Notes under the pieces: generated by a model
Told to the model about the DNA's origin: nothing
The model's database searches: none
The model's input: only the letters and a program-made list of their open reading frames with translations
Source of the DNA: a virus
Lineage: Duplodnaviria > Caudoviricetes
IMG/VR virus record: IMGVR_UViG_3300006169_000009
Coordinates: 1 to 64,000 of that record
Direction: 5' to 3' (one strand)
Length of the DNA: 64,000 nucleotides
In this document: piece by piece, positions 39,586 through 50,086 of the stretch
Position numbering within the stretch: the first letter of the stretch is position 1
Layout: each line of letters opens with the position of its first letter
Program-made: the position numbers and the translations under genes

Positions 39586-40080
39586 TCAGTGGTAGATGAG
39601 GCCCTTCTCTTCCAGGTGGTCGTACACCGTCTTCGGTGCCCGGTAGCGCTGGCCCTCGATGAAGTCGTAGTTGTTGCCGTAGCCGATGGTCACGCCCTCG
39701 ATGGTCTCGTTGACCCGGAAGACGACCTTGGGCTCCTCGACCTCGACGTCGACTGCTTCGACCTCGTTGGAGGCGTGTGGCGGCCAGTGCGGGGACTGAG
39801 GGAGATCCTGGTTGGCCGGGGCGTCCGACTCGTTGGCCCGCAGATCCTGGGGCGTGTCGAGGTCGACATCGGTAGGCACAGCCTCCTTGACCGGCGGAGC
39901 CTCGTCGGCCTTGGGAGCGTTCGGCTCCAGGTCGAGGACATCGTCTCGCTGGACCTTCGCCTGTGCGTCGATGAGGGCCATGCGGCGAGAGGCCGCCTCC
40001 TGCTCATCGACATGCTTGGCCGTCAGATCGGCCTTGGTGCGTGCGGTGAGATCACCGTGACGCGTACGTGCTCGTGGCAT
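39586..40080 (-). CDS. hypothetical virion-associated protein
   Basis: downstream of the capsid gene; GGAG SD. Confidence 0.7.
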   Translation of the reverse strand: MPRARTRHGDLTARTKADLTAKHVDEQEAASRRMALIDAQAKVQRDDVLDLEPNAPKADEAPPVKEAVPTDVDLDTPQDLRANESDAPANQDLPQSPHWPPHASNEVEAVDVEVEEPKVVFRVNETIEGVTIGYGNNYDFIEGQRYRAPKTVYDHLEEKGLIYH

Positions 40081-40132
40081 TGGATTCTCCGTATCTGTGT
40101 CGCGTGAGTGCTGCGGGTCTTACTCTAGCGGA

Positions 40133-40165
40133 AGAGGGGCCGACCCATGTAGAGCCGACCCCTCT
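40133..40165 (-). terminator. hairpin terminator after the capsid gene
   Basis: AGAGGGGTCGGCTC/GGGTCGGCCCCTCT; G-U pairs fit the minus strand. Confidence 0.65.
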
Positions 40166-40181
40166 AGCGCATCTCTGACGA

Positions 40182-41186
40182 TCAGTTGGTCTCCGCGATG
40201 ACCACGGCCTCGGAGGTGATCAGCCCCAGGCCCCAGATGGCGTACCAGGCCAGGGCGTGCTCACGACCGAAGTCGAGGATTCCGCCGTCACGCAGTTCGA
40301 CCGGCAGGGAGATCGCGTGCCCGAAGGCGTTGTCCCCCAAGAAGATCGACTGGTAGACGTCGGTCTCGGTGCCGGACCCGCCACCGCCGTTGGCGAGGCG
40401 CTTGACCTGCGTGGTCTCGATGAACACGACGTCGTTGAGGCGACCGATCTCGCCCAACATGAAGTTCCCCGGTGCCGCATACTTGGTGACCTCGATGAAC
40501 TCGGGGTCGTCACGCAGCCGACGGGACTGGTGCGGGTGGACGAAGGCGACGTAGGTCTCGCCCAGCCTCGGGACGTTCTTGGTCGCCAGCGTCTCGACCG
40601 CGTCCTTGACGAGGTGCGAGGTGAAGTTGTGCTTCTTCGTGTTCACCATGGCGGCCCGGTTGGCTGCGGCGGTGCCGGAGTCGTACGGGCTGACGTTGGT
40701 GATCGTGGTCGACGTGGTCTTGTCGTAGCCGTAGATGACGGAAGGAGCCAGGAGGAGAACGTTGCGGGCGCTCTCGTCCAGGTACTGCGCCATGTTACGA
40801 CCGAGGAGACGAGAGGCCGAGGCCATCACGTCATCGAACGAGGCGTTGAGCAGGAGTTCCGACACCGCCACCGCGTAGCCCTGTTCCGCCACCGTGATGG
40901 AGAACTGGGTTGCGGTCAGCGGGTTCGTCTCCATGCGCACACCTTCGACCAACTGCGTTGCAGAGCCGAGGTTGTTGTAGCGCATGAAGTTGATCGTCAA
41001 ACCTGGCTGCACGCCGAGTTCGGTCTTCTTGACGGCGAACTGCTCGAACCGCAGGATCGGCATCGACTGGAAGAGGATCTCCTTCGACCAGATCGTCTGG
41101 ATCGCCGGGCTCAACTGCGAGTTCGTGCCCAAGTACGCGGTCGGAGAAGCCGAGAGGAACGGCGTTCCGGTGATTGCACTGGCCAT
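40182..41186 (-). CDS. major capsid protein (N4-gp56-like)
   Basis: GLTINFMRY, YVAFVHP, GEIGRLNDVVFIET, DFGRE. Confidence 0.92.
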   Translation of the reverse strand: MASAITGTPFLSASPTAYLGTNSQLSPAIQTIWSKEILFQSMPILRFEQFAVKKTELGVQPGLTINFMRYNNLGSATQLVEGVRMETNPLTATQFSITVAEQGYAVAVSELLLNASFDDVMASASRLLGRNMAQYLDESARNVLLLAPSVIYGYDKTTSTTITNVSPYDSGTAAANRAAMVNTKKHNFTSHLVKDAVETLATKNVPRLGETYVAFVHPHQSRRLRDDPEFIEVTKYAAPGNFMLGEIGRLNDVVFIETTQVKRLANGGGGSGTETDVYQSIFLGDNAFGHAISLPVELRDGGILDFGREHALAWYAIWGLGLITSEAVVIAETN

Positions 41187-41265
41187 GAGACTTCTTTCTG
41201 GTCTAGGACTACGACCAGTCTAGGACGTAGTCATCCTGATGTTTGTAATTGCGAGCCCTGACGGC

Positions 41266-42165
41266 CTAGCCGTACATCCCCTGGTTGCGCTGGGAGCCGG
41301 TCACCCCAAGCCTATCGCGGTACTTCGCGTACTCCGCCATGGACATGTTGTTGATCTGCTCCAGCGTCAACTGCTGGGTGCCGTCGTTGAGGACGTCCAT
41401 CGGTCCCGCCGGTCCTGCGCCACCGGTTCCCACGCCCCTGTTGCGCTGGGCTGCAGCGAAGGCCTTCTGGGCGTCCTCTGCGATCTGCTGGGACTTGGCG
41501 AGCACGACCGACAGCGACTGGTCGACCTCCTCGCGAGTGTTGCCGCCGATGAAGTCGAGCAGTTGCGGGGCGAGGTTGTCCTGGTTCTCGGTGACCTTGG
41601 ACTGGATGTACTGCTGGAGTTCTCCGAACTCGCGCTCGCGCTGGGCCAGAGCCTGGTCGCGCTCACGCTGAGCCTTCAACTCATCGATCTGGGCCTGCCA
41701 GGTCTTCTCGCGCTCCTCCTGCTGCGCGGACCACTCCTGCTCGCGCTGGGCCAGAAGGTCGCGGGCGGACATCTCGTCCTCCTTGCGCTTCTTCTCCGCA
41801 GCCTCGCGCTCCTTGCGCTCGGCGGCTTCGGCCTCTTCGCGCTCGCGCTGCTTGGCCAGCAGTTCATCGACCTGCGTCTTGAAGGCGTTCTGCTGCTTCT
41901 CCGCCTCCTCGCGGGCCTCGCGGTCCTTCTGCTGCTGGGCGTACAACTTGTCCTTCTCCTCCTTGCGGACACGCTCCAGCCGCTCGTTGACCTGCTCCGG
42001 GCTCAGGTAGCCCTCGGGCACAGGAGGAGCCTCGACGGCAGGCTCGGAGCCTCCGGCGATGCGGAAGATGGGACGGCCATCACGACGGTGGCCAAGGATC
42101 TCGTCGGCCAGGTGGCCGAGGGGTGTACGGGTACTACGTGCCACGACTATTCTCCGATCAGTCAT
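41266..42165 (-). CDS. capsid scaffolding protein
   Basis: E/K/R coiled coil; MSMAEYAKYR C-terminus; between portal and capsid genes. Confidence 0.85.
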   Translation of the reverse strand: MTDRRIVVARSTRTPLGHLADEILGHRRDGRPIFRIAGGSEPAVEAPPVPEGYLSPEQVNERLERVRKEEKDKLYAQQQKDREAREEAEKQQNAFKTQVDELLAKQREREEAEAAERKEREAAEKKRKEDEMSARDLLAQREQEWSAQQEEREKTWQAQIDELKAQRERDQALAQREREFGELQQYIQSKVTENQDNLAPQLLDFIGGNTREEVDQSLSVVLAKSQQIAEDAQKAFAAAQRNRGVGTGGAGPAGPMDVLNDGTQQLTLEQINNMSMAEYAKYRDRLGVTGSQRNQGMYG

Positions 42166-43879
42166 TCTGCGGGCTTCGGCGCTGCGGCAACTTGGTGCCG
42201 TAGGCCTGTGTCACGATGTCCGACATGAGTTGCCCCATCTCGGCTGACTGCTGACCTCCCATTGCCGGAACCGGCGGTCCTGGCGGTGTAGCCGGAGGGC
42301 CAGAGTCTGGGCTAGATCCCGAAGACGATCCGCTGTCTCCTCCTGCGGAGGTGACCTGCTGCGGTCCTTCTGCCGGAGCCAAGCCCGTAGCAGCGAGAAT
42401 AACAGCCGAGATCTGAGACTTCAGCATGTCCAGAGCGCCCTGCTCCTTGGCATCGGTAACCAGTTCCTCGAAGATCTCCTGCATCTTCTCGTCGGGGAAC
42501 TCCTCGCCCAACTCCTTCAGAGCACCACGCTTGGACTCCAGGCCCAACTGCATCTTCATGGTGATCTCGTTCAACTTGATCAGCGCGTCTACCGGCAGCG
42601 GAGGTGGCCAGTGGATGACGGTCTCATACGTCAGGGGGTCGGATGGGTCCAGCACAGTCGGCTGGCCCTCCTCGATCTTGCCCTGGGTGAACGGGTCGTA
42701 GATCAACTTGTCCTTCTCGAACAGGAACAGCGTTCGCAGGCAGAGTTCGTTGATCTTCTCCAGACCCAGCGAGTAGGTCATCTTCTTGGTGTTGTAGCGC
42801 TGCATCATCGGCTGGTACTGGATCGCCAGTGCCACACCGGAGGTGTTGGAGATCGGCTGCACCTGACCCAGCGCAGTCTCTGGCACGCCGGTCATCTCGT
42901 GCATGCCGCGCTTCAGGATCTCCAGGTACTCGTTGGCAGGGCCGACCGCCTCGGAGCCGCCCTCCAGGTTGTAGACGCGGGCCTCCTTGGGAGGGATCGA
43001 CCAGACCTTCTTCGGCCCCTTCTCCAGGTTGGAGGCCTTGGCTCCGGTGATGATCGTGACCGGCGCAGCGTGGTAGTTGATAATGTCGCTGATCTCCAGG
43101 GCCTTCTCGTTGTACTCCCGGTTCAGCCCGATGATGTCCTGGATGTCTCCCAAGCCCCACGGAGACGAGGAGATCCGCACATTGGGGATGTGGACGACAG
43201 GGATGTGGCCCAGCGGGTTCGGACGCTGGTCCATGATCTCGTCGTTGACGTACTCCTCGATGGTCTCGTCGGTCAGGATCTCGGTGTAGGTGAAGACCTG
43301 CCGAGTCCCTTCCTGGGAGGTACCCCAGAAGCGGTACTTCAACTTGAAGCGCAGCAGCCGCTCACGGTCGTGCGGGTGCCACTCAGGGAAGCAGAAGGCG
43401 GCGTTGAGCGGGAGGATGCGAACGCGGCCAGGGTGGAAGTTGCCAGCCGGGTCTTGGTAGGCAGGGTCGTAGGCGATCTTGACGAACACGTCCCCGGAGA
43501 CTCCGCCCTGCTGGCCCATCTCCCACAACACCGACTCCTTCTCGTTGTCGGTCTCCCAGATCCGCTTCAGCAGGGCTGGGATGATGTGCTCGGTCAGGTG
43601 CGGGCTCTTGAAGTGAACGCCTCGGGAGAACGTGAAGTTGTTGATGAAGTCAGCCAAGGCGCGCACGTAGTTGAACGTGATCTGCGGCTCGCCCGCTTCG
43701 CGACGATATGCCCAGTGATGTCCAAGATAGAAAGCCCAGTTCTGCGCATATCTATTCAATCTAGGACCGTGGACCTCGAACTCTTCGTCGGCCAGTTCCA
43801 CGAGACCAAGCGGCGAGATCGAGACTGTGAGGTCTTGACCCGCCGCACGCATGCTGGGACTCTGGAAGTTGATCGCCAT
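42158..43879 (-). CDS. portal protein (SPP1-like)
   Basis: NPLGHIPVVHIPN, GLGDI..YN, SGVAL. Confidence 0.92.
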   Translation of the reverse strand: MAINFQSPSMRAAGQDLTVSISPLGLVELADEEFEVHGPRLNRYAQNWAFYLGHHWAYRREAGEPQITFNYVRALADFINNFTFSRGVHFKSPHLTEHIIPALLKRIWETDNEKESVLWEMGQQGGVSGDVFVKIAYDPAYQDPAGNFHPGRVRILPLNAAFCFPEWHPHDRERLLRFKLKYRFWGTSQEGTRQVFTYTEILTDETIEEYVNDEIMDQRPNPLGHIPVVHIPNVRISSSPWGLGDIQDIIGLNREYNEKALEISDIINYHAAPVTIITGAKASNLEKGPKKVWSIPPKEARVYNLEGGSEAVGPANEYLEILKRGMHEMTGVPETALGQVQPISNTSGVALAIQYQPMMQRYNTKKMTYSLGLEKINELCLRTLFLFEKDKLIYDPFTQGKIEEGQPTVLDPSDPLTYETVIHWPPPLPVDALIKLNEITMKMQLGLESKRGALKELGEEFPDEKMQEIFEELVTDAKEQGALDMLKSQISAVILAATGLAPAEGPQQVTSAGGDSGSSSGSSPDSGPPATPPGPPVPAMGGQQSAEMGQLMSDIVTQAYGTKLPQRRSPQND

Positions 43880-43888
43880 AGGCTAACC

Positions 43889-44650
43889 CTACCGTCTTAC
43901 CGGCTTCAGCAGATTCTGCAACTCTCCGACACTTCGCTGACGAGGGATGTCTCCGAATAGACGATGTGCGTGGTATGCCTCTACGTCGGTGGGGTCCTCA
44001 GTCTCCTCAACATGCTGACCGACCGTACGGCCAGAGAATAGATCCATCTGGTTCTTGTGTACTTCCGGCTGGGTTACTTCCTTCTTCCCGAAGGCGGCGT
44101 CCCAACTCTGGTTGAGGTACTTCTCGTGCTCAGGAGTCCCGTACCGAGGTTCTACTGGGTCGTCGTTCCGAGGATGGTTGACGTCCTCTGCACCCGCACT
44201 GACGTGCTTGAACTGATTCCAGTTGACCGGAGGAAGCGTCCCCTGGCGACCCGGCATGACATCGATCCGTCCGGTCGCCTTGAACGCCGGAGCGACCCAC
44301 TCCCGTAGATCGTCGTGATGTTCAGGGTTATGAGACGGAGACGCTGGGTGATAGTGACCTGGCTTCATCGCAGGGTTGGGGTCTACCTGGAGCACATGAG
44401 CACGACCCGGAGGCTTATCCGCGTAGCCTGCCTTCACCGCGCTGTCCTTCATCACGTGGGCCTGCTTGGCGAACTTCCAGGCGATGTTCTCACTCTCCGA
44501 AGCGTGGGCGACCTTCATGGCGTTCTGACCTTCGGAGGGACCCCTGCCCCAGACACTATTGCCGGTCTTCTCCGCAGGCAAGACCCTGCCGCCCTCGGCC
44601 ATGATGTCGTGTGTGGTCCCGTGAAAGAAGGAGCCCCTACGTCCTTCCAT
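43889..44650 (-). CDS. ADP-ribosyltransferase-fold (Arr-like) protein
   Basis: FFHGT..AHASES..AWKFA..HVLQVDP..REW. Confidence 0.5.
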   Translation of the reverse strand: MEGRRGSFFHGTTHDIMAEGGRVLPAEKTGNSVWGRGPSEGQNAMKVAHASESENIAWKFAKQAHVMKDSAVKAGYADKPPGRAHVLQVDPNPAMKPGHYHPASPSHNPEHHDDLREWVAPAFKATGRIDVMPGRQGTLPPVNWNQFKHVSAGAEDVNHPRNDDPVEPRYGTPEHEKYLNQSWDAAFGKKEVTQPEVHKNQMDLFSGRTVGQHVEETEDPTDVEAYHAHRLFGDIPRQRSVGELQNLLKPVRR

Positions 44651-45251
44651 AGCCGCTCTGCGGATGGCGAGGCTTCAACTCACCCGCAGCCTCCGCGATG
44701 CCCTTGCCCTTGACGGCCATGACCCGCACGAGGTTCGCCTGGTAGGACTCGGCGTAGTGGTTGGCGTTCAAATGGGAGGTGTCGCCCTGGGTCCGCTGTG
44801 CGGTACGGAACTGCGCGTTGGTCCGGTTCTTGGCCAGCCGGTTCGCCTCGTTCCAGGTCGAGGTCTGCTTCTGGTTGCGGTAGAAGTCGTGGACCTCCTT
44901 GCGGGCGCTCTTGTCCGCATGGCTCATGCCTTCCCAGCGGTCAGACTCAGCGTAACCGTGGGTAGTCATGGAGAAGGTGCCTCTCGGCCCGTTGAAGTCT
45001 CCGCTGTAGTTGCTGCGATCATGCAGCAGGCCGCGACTCGCCAGCGTGTTGACCTCGCTGGTACGAGCACTGCCGAACTCAGAGCGCTCGTCCGCGAACG
45101 TCGGACCCTTGCGAGGCGTGTTGCGCGAGGCGTACGCCTGCCCGGTCTGCGCGTCTCCGGTACGGCGCACAGACGGGTTGGCGTTCTGGTCCTTGAACCT
45201 CTTCGGCGGCCCCGGTGCCGTTCCTGGCCAAGGGGCTTCTCCCCTAGCCAC
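44637..45251 (-). CDS. hypothetical protein
   Basis: tiles in the head module. Confidence 0.6.
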   Translation of the reverse strand: MARGEAPWPGTAPGPPKRFKDQNANPSVRRTGDAQTGQAYASRNTPRKGPTFADERSEFGSARTSEVNTLASRGLLHDRSNYSGDFNGPRGTFSMTTHGYAESDRWEGMSHADKSARKEVHDFYRNQKQTSTWNEANRLAKNRTNAQFRTAQRTQGDTSHLNANHYAESYQANLVRVMAVKGKGIAEAAGELKPRHPQSGYGRT

Positions 45252-45254
45252 GGC

Positions 45255-45671
45255 TCAGTCCTCGACTTCTGCCGGGTTCCGACGCTCGTAGCGCGCACCG
45301 GTCGGGTTCGGACGGCCTCGGTTGACCTGCTCGTACTTCAGCGCGGCGAAGTCGTTGTTGGAGCCGTGACCGAACTCACCGAGATAGGTTGGAGCCTCGA
45401 CCCAGGCGGCGGAGCCGACGTGGGCGCGCTCGCGCATGGTCTCCTCGGGGTACTTCTCGTACACGTTGCGGTTGTGGTTGGGACGGCCCGGCGCAGGCAC
45501 GTAGCCCTGCATGACGCCCTTGGTGAACTCGTCGGGGACGTCGGTGTCGGTCGCGATCCCCTCTTCGAAGCGCAGCGGGCCACGCCGGGAGTTGTTCTGC
45601 CCGAACTTCTCCTCGTAGACGTTCCCGACCTGCTCAGGGAACTGAGGGTTCGGGGCGAGGTTGTCAGCCAT
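45255..45671 (-). CDS. hypothetical structural protein
   Basis: ATG at 45671 with GAGGAAGG; strong GC3 bias. Confidence 0.7.
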   Translation of the reverse strand: MADNLAPNPQFPEQVGNVYEEKFGQNNSRRGPLRFEEGIATDTDVPDEFTKGVMQGYVPAPGRPNHNRNVYEKYPEETMRERAHVGSAAWVEAPTYLGEFGHGSNNDFAALKYEQVNRGRPNPTGARYERRNPAEVED

Positions 45672-45724
45672 GCTCTTTACCTTCCTCGGCGGATGCGCAT
45701 CTCTAGCCATTGCCAGGATACTAC

Positions 45725-48700
45725 TCAGGTTACGGGATGCCACACTCCGTCCTTCAGTACCCGAAGTTGCACGACCTTGCGGCGCTTGCCGTTGATGACT
45801 ACGAACGGTCGCGCAGCGTGACGTACGCCGTCCATGAACACGGCCAGAATCTCTCCGACCGTCAGAGTGTTGACGTTCCAGCGGACGTCTAGGTTCCGGG
45901 CCAACTCCTGCTCGATGTGCCACATGAGGTCGGCATCGGCCAGGACCAGTCGTACAGCATCCCAGCCGAACTCGATCTCCCGGTTCTGGACCTGACGGGT
46001 GTTCCAGGCGGCGTTCAATACAAGCGCCACAGCCTGAAGTGTGTGCCAAGAAAGGTACAGATCGTTCTCGGCTCGCTGCTGGCTCTCCCAGCCTGCCGCA
46101 AGATCCCGTAGCAGCCGCTCACGGACGTCCCAAGACAGGTCCGTCTCCTTAGCAGCCCAGCCGATCGTGTTCCACAAGGCCTCCAGGCTCAGGCCGACCA
46201 GTTCGAGGCCCTCGGTGTTCCACAGCAGTTCGGCATCCGAAGCCTGCCGCTGCAGCGCCTGCCAGGCCGCCTCCACCTCGGTCCCGGCCAACTCGTTCGA
46301 GGACCAGACCTGATCCAGGCTCTTCCCGACCTTCTCCTGGATCTCCCAGGAAGTGATCAGTGCAGCCGCCAGTGCCGTACGGGAGTCCCACAGCAGGATG
46401 GAGTCGGCGCTGATGTTGGCCTCGATGTTCCACTCGATCACGCTCTGTGACTGGGCTACCTCCTGCGCGGCCCACAGCAGTTCAACCGCCTGCGAGGCCA
46501 GCGCGGAGACGTTCCACAGCGACTCGTAGTCCTGGCTGATGATGTCGAGCACGCCCCACTGAGCCGCAAGATCGGACAGAGTCTGGGCCAGCAGGTTCCA
46601 GACCAGGCTCACGTCCTGGTCGACAGCCTCCAGGACGTTCCAGAACAGGTCCACGCCAGCGGCCACCGATGCGATGTTCTGGACGTTCCACTCCAGGCCG
46701 ACATCGTTACCCAATCTGAGAACGACATCCCACAGTGCGCTCAGTCCGTTACCGACCGTAGCGTAGGCGTCCCAGCGCAGGTCACTGGTCTGGTTGATTG
46801 CAGCCCGTACGTCCCACGGAGTAGCCAGGGGGTTGTTGACCGCATTCAGCGCATCCCAGGATCCGGCGAAGTCCCGGCTGATCAGGCCCAGGGCGTTCCA
46901 GATAGCCGCTGAGTCTGCTGCCGCCAGAGCCTGGTCGTTCCACACCAGCGCAGAGTCTGCATTCTGCATAGCGAGCGCGTTCCAAATTGCCTGGTTGCTC
47001 AGCCCGGCCACGGCGTAGTCGTGCCAGATCGCCTGGTGGTCGGAGTTGACCGGCACGCTGACGTTCCACAGTGCCTGCACTACCTGACTTGCGGCTGCGT
47101 AGACCTCCCACAGCGCCTGGCTGCTCTGCCCGACCAAGGCCGAAACGTTCCACAACTTCTGGTTGCTCTGTCCGACCGAGACCAACGTGTCCCACACGTA
47201 CTGGCTGCTTTGGTTGACCACAGTCGAGATGTTCCACAGAGCCTGGTTACTCTGGGTCACTAGACTGTTGAGGTTCCACAGAGCCTGGTTGCTCTGGTTG
47301 ACTGCCGCGTAGACGTCCCAGACCTCCTGGACGTCAGCGTTGACCAGGCTTTGGACGTTCCACTTCGCCTGGCTGGTCTTGCCTACCGACTCCGGGATCT
47401 CAGCAGCAGTGACCACCACGTTGCGGAACTGGGTCCGGGTACCGGCTGCGCCGAACCAGACGTAGCCTCCTCGCCCCTGAGCCGTGTGCGTGGACGTGAC
47501 GTTGGTGCCCAGCGTGAGGTTGTCCAGCCGGATCGAGGAGCCGGTCACGGTGATGCGGAACGTGTACCACGTGTCCAGCGTGAGTGTGCCTACGGTCGCC
47601 CAGGCGTCCACGACAGGGTCGGTGCCGTCTCCAGCCATAGCCCGGACCTGGAGGTTTCCGTTGCGCCGGAAGACACACGAGTAGCCCTGCCAGGTCGGGT
47701 TGCCGTCCGCGCCTCCGGCGAACCCGACCGTGTCCTCGTCCGCGAACGCGACCGTGAAGTTGGCGACCGCCGAGAATGACTCGACCATCTTGGCCTCGAA
47801 GTCCAGCGTCCAGGTGTCGTGGAAGGCACTGCCTCCGATGGGAGACATCCAACCCTGAAGGATCGCGGACTCCACCGAGGCCACGCCGATCTCGTTGTCG
47901 ATCCCCCAGCCGTCCGGGGCGGTGAACTCACCGACCGTCGATCCGCCGTTGATCTGCCCACCGCTGTAGTACCCGTGGAACCACTCCTGGTCGGCGTACG
48001 GGTCAGCGGTCAGCCTGGCCTTGCCCGAGACGTAGGGAGCATCATCGGTGATGATCCCGTCCGCGCCCATCTCCCTGGCCGCGTCCGCACTGGTCTTGTC
48101 GTTGATCGTCCACATCCACACCTCGATGCCTGCGGCATGCATGGAGTCGACGTAGGACTGGTCGACGGTGCCGAACTGAACGTTCTCCTGCACTGCCCCA
48201 TCGGCAATCGGCACAGACGGGTTCGTACCCTGCGGGTCGCGATTCGCCAGCGGATACCCAGCCGTACGACAGGCGTCCTGGTAGGACTTGGTGAACGCTG
48301 GGATGATGACGTTGTCCTTGATCTGGACGTACTGGTCCAACAGATCGGGCAGCGCATCTCCTGCCGCCTGGCTCTTAGGCTCAATGGACAGCAGAACCTG
48401 ATCGGCGTAGAGAGTGAGTACTTCCTCCAACTTCGCCATCCGGTACACGCCCTGGTATCCGGGGTTGAGCAGGGCAGCAGGCTTGTACTGCAGTGCGTCC
48501 AGGGCTGCGTCCGTGGACGTGGCGATGGTCAGGTTCGATGTCATCAACGTGCCGGTCGTAGCGTTGTGGTGGCAGTACAGGGTGCCGTCGGCAGAGAGGT
48601 GGACGTCCATCTCCAGGCAGTTCGTGGTGCCGTCGGCCATGCAGGCGGCCATGGCCTCCAGCGTCTCGTCCGGGTACAGCAGGGCTCCCGAACGGTGGTT

Positions 48701-49444
48701 GCTCCACCACGTGCCGGTGTGGGTGTCCCGTAGGTTGACCGGGCCGCCTTCTGCGGTCCCCGGCTTGATCTCTACGGCCCAGGTCAACTTTCGCGAGGAC
48801 TGCGTACAGTTGGCGTTGACTACCTGCTGACCGTCAAGGCGGTACTGGGTGAAGAACTGCGAGGACGGCGTTCCGGTAGAGATGATCGCGCCAGGCATGG
48901 TGTAGCCAGAGCCCGCGCTAGGCGTGACCGAGGTCGTGTTGACCGAATGGAACCCCGCCGTGGCGTTGCCGGATCCGATGGCGTTGGTCAGCGTGACACC
49001 GAACGGGTCAACGGTCTGGTCACTGCTTTCAGCCTGGACGACAGCGCCAGAGCCGTTGGTCCCGCTAGTGTCGGCGTTCTCCCACTGCATTACCGACCAA
49101 CCACAGATCATCTGCACCGCAGAGTGCGTGAAGGTCAGCGCCCCGGCAGTCGGAGAGGCTCCCATGGCTCGGAACAGTGTTAGGCAGATGTTGCCGTTGG
49201 CCGACATCTGAGAGCCGATCTTCTCCCAGGTCAGCCCGCAGCCGGTCATGGTGTCCGTAGGTGCTGCTGTACCGGAGGTACCTCCGGTCTCCACACCGAC
49301 CAGAATCAGCGCGTTGGCCGCTGGCGTGATGCTCGCAGTGCTGTGGGAGGCCTGGTCCGCCGTAGACCAGTCCTGCGTCAGTAGTGTGGGGACGAGTGTT
49401 AGCGGCCCAGACGGCGGAGCCTTCAGCAGGGTGAGTAGCGACAT
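45725..49444 (-). CDS. large fibre-like protein: glycerophosphodiester phosphodiesterase + lectin-like domain + 14-aa Trp repeats
   Basis: NHRSG..PDET..LEMDV..HH, WTIND..GADGIITD; about 36 repeats resembling QSNQALWNVSALVG. Confidence 0.85.
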   Translation of the reverse strand: MSLLTLLKAPPSGPLTLVPTLLTQDWSTADQASHSTASITPAANALILVGVETGGTSGTAAPTDTMTGCGLTWEKIGSQMSANGNICLTLFRAMGASPTAGALTFTHSAVQMICGWSVMQWENADTSGTNGSGAVVQAESSDQTVDPFGVTLTNAIGSGNATAGFHSVNTTSVTPSAGSGYTMPGAIISTGTPSSQFFTQYRLDGQQVVNANCTQSSRKLTWAVEIKPGTAEGGPVNLRDTHTGTWWSNHRSGALLYPDETLEAMAACMADGTTNCLEMDVHLSADGTLYCHHNATTGTLMTSNLTIATSTDAALDALQYKPAALLNPGYQGVYRMAKLEEVLTLYADQVLLSIEPKSQAAGDALPDLLDQYVQIKDNVIIPAFTKSYQDACRTAGYPLANRDPQGTNPSVPIADGAVQENVQFGTVDQSYVDSMHAAGIEVWMWTINDKTSADAAREMGADGIITDDAPYVSGKARLTADPYADQEWFHGYYSGGQINGGSTVGEFTAPDGWGIDNEIGVASVESAILQGWMSPIGGSAFHDTWTLDFEAKMVESFSAVANFTVAFADEDTVGFAGGADGNPTWQGYSCVFRRNGNLQVRAMAGDGTDPVVDAWATVGTLTLDTWYTFRITVTGSSIRLDNLTLGTNVTSTHTAQGRGGYVWFGAAGTRTQFRNVVVTAAEIPESVGKTSQAKWNVQSLVNADVQEVWDVYAAVNQSNQALWNLNSLVTQSNQALWNISTVVNQSSQYVWDTLVSVGQSNQKLWNVSALVGQSSQALWEVYAAASQVVQALWNVSVPVNSDHQAIWHDYAVAGLSNQAIWNALAMQNADSALVWNDQALAAADSAAIWNALGLISRDFAGSWDALNAVNNPLATPWDVRAAINQTSDLRWDAYATVGNGLSALWDVVLRLGNDVGLEWNVQNIASVAAGVDLFWNVLEAVDQDVSLVWNLLAQTLSDLAAQWGVLDIISQDYESLWNVSALASQAVELLWAAQEVAQSQSVIEWNIEANISADSILLWDSRTALAAALITSWEIQEKVGKSLDQVWSSNELAGTEVEAAWQALQRQASDAELLWNTEGLELVGLSLEALWNTIGWAAKETDLSWDVRERLLRDLAAGWESQQRAENDLYLSWHTLQAVALVLNAAWNTRQVQNREIEFGWDAVRLVLADADLMWHIEQELARNLDVRWNVNTLTVGEILAVFMDGVRHAARPFVVINGKRRKVVQLRVLKDGVWHPVT
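45870..47385 (-). repeat. degenerate 42-bp (14-aa) tandem coding repeat
   Basis: Trp roughly every 14 residues. Confidence 0.8.
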
Positions 49445-49447
49445 GGG

Positions 49448-50068
49448 CTACTCGATGCTGAATACGGCGAGCGCAGAGTAGGAGTACGACAGACCGGTGA
49501 TGTTCTTCAGCGCCATGCCTTCGCCTTCTCGCAAGACGAAGTCGGTGACACGCTCTCCATCGGTGGGGAGGATGTTGAAGTACGGCATGAGGCCGACAGC
49601 CGGGAAAGTCTCTTCGGGGTTCAGCGGGATCTCGAACCACGTGAAGGCTACCGTTCCGCCTGCGGTGTAAGAATGCGCAGCAGTGATCTGCGAGGGGACT
49701 GCTGGGTTGTTGCTGTCGTGGGCGCGGATCGTGATCGCAGTGTTTGAGGTCGTACCCACTGCCGAGGTCTTCTCCACACGCCAGGTCTGGCTGACGCCTG
49801 TGACCGTCGACTGCGAAGGCTGGATGAACAACTTGCGGACCTTCACGACCTTGCCGGACCCCGAAGCGTTGAACAGGTGCAGGTAAACCTTGTTGGACGC
49901 TGCTGTGATCGCGCCGGAGTACGCCGAGTAGGTCGGGATGTCTCCGATCAGGTTCCCGGTAGGGTTGGCCGGGATAAAGACCTGATACTCCTTGCCGTTG
50001 ATCAACTGGGTAGCGACAAGCGCCCCTGACCCAGGGGTTACGGCTACGGAGTCGTTGGCCTCAGCCAC
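49448..50068 (-). CDS. hypothetical structural beta-sandwich protein
   Basis: S/T/G-rich; LFNASGSGK. Confidence 0.65.
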   Translation of the reverse strand: MAEANDSVAVTPGSGALVATQLINGKEYQVFIPANPTGNLIGDIPTYSAYSGAITAASNKVYLHLFNASGSGKVVKVRKLFIQPSQSTVTGVSQTWRVEKTSAVGTTSNTAITIRAHDSNNPAVPSQITAAHSYTAGGTVAFTWFEIPLNPEETFPAVGLMPYFNILPTDGERVTDFVLREGEGMALKNITGLSYSYSALAVFSIE

Positions 50069-50086
50069 GGTTCACCACCTTCAGGA

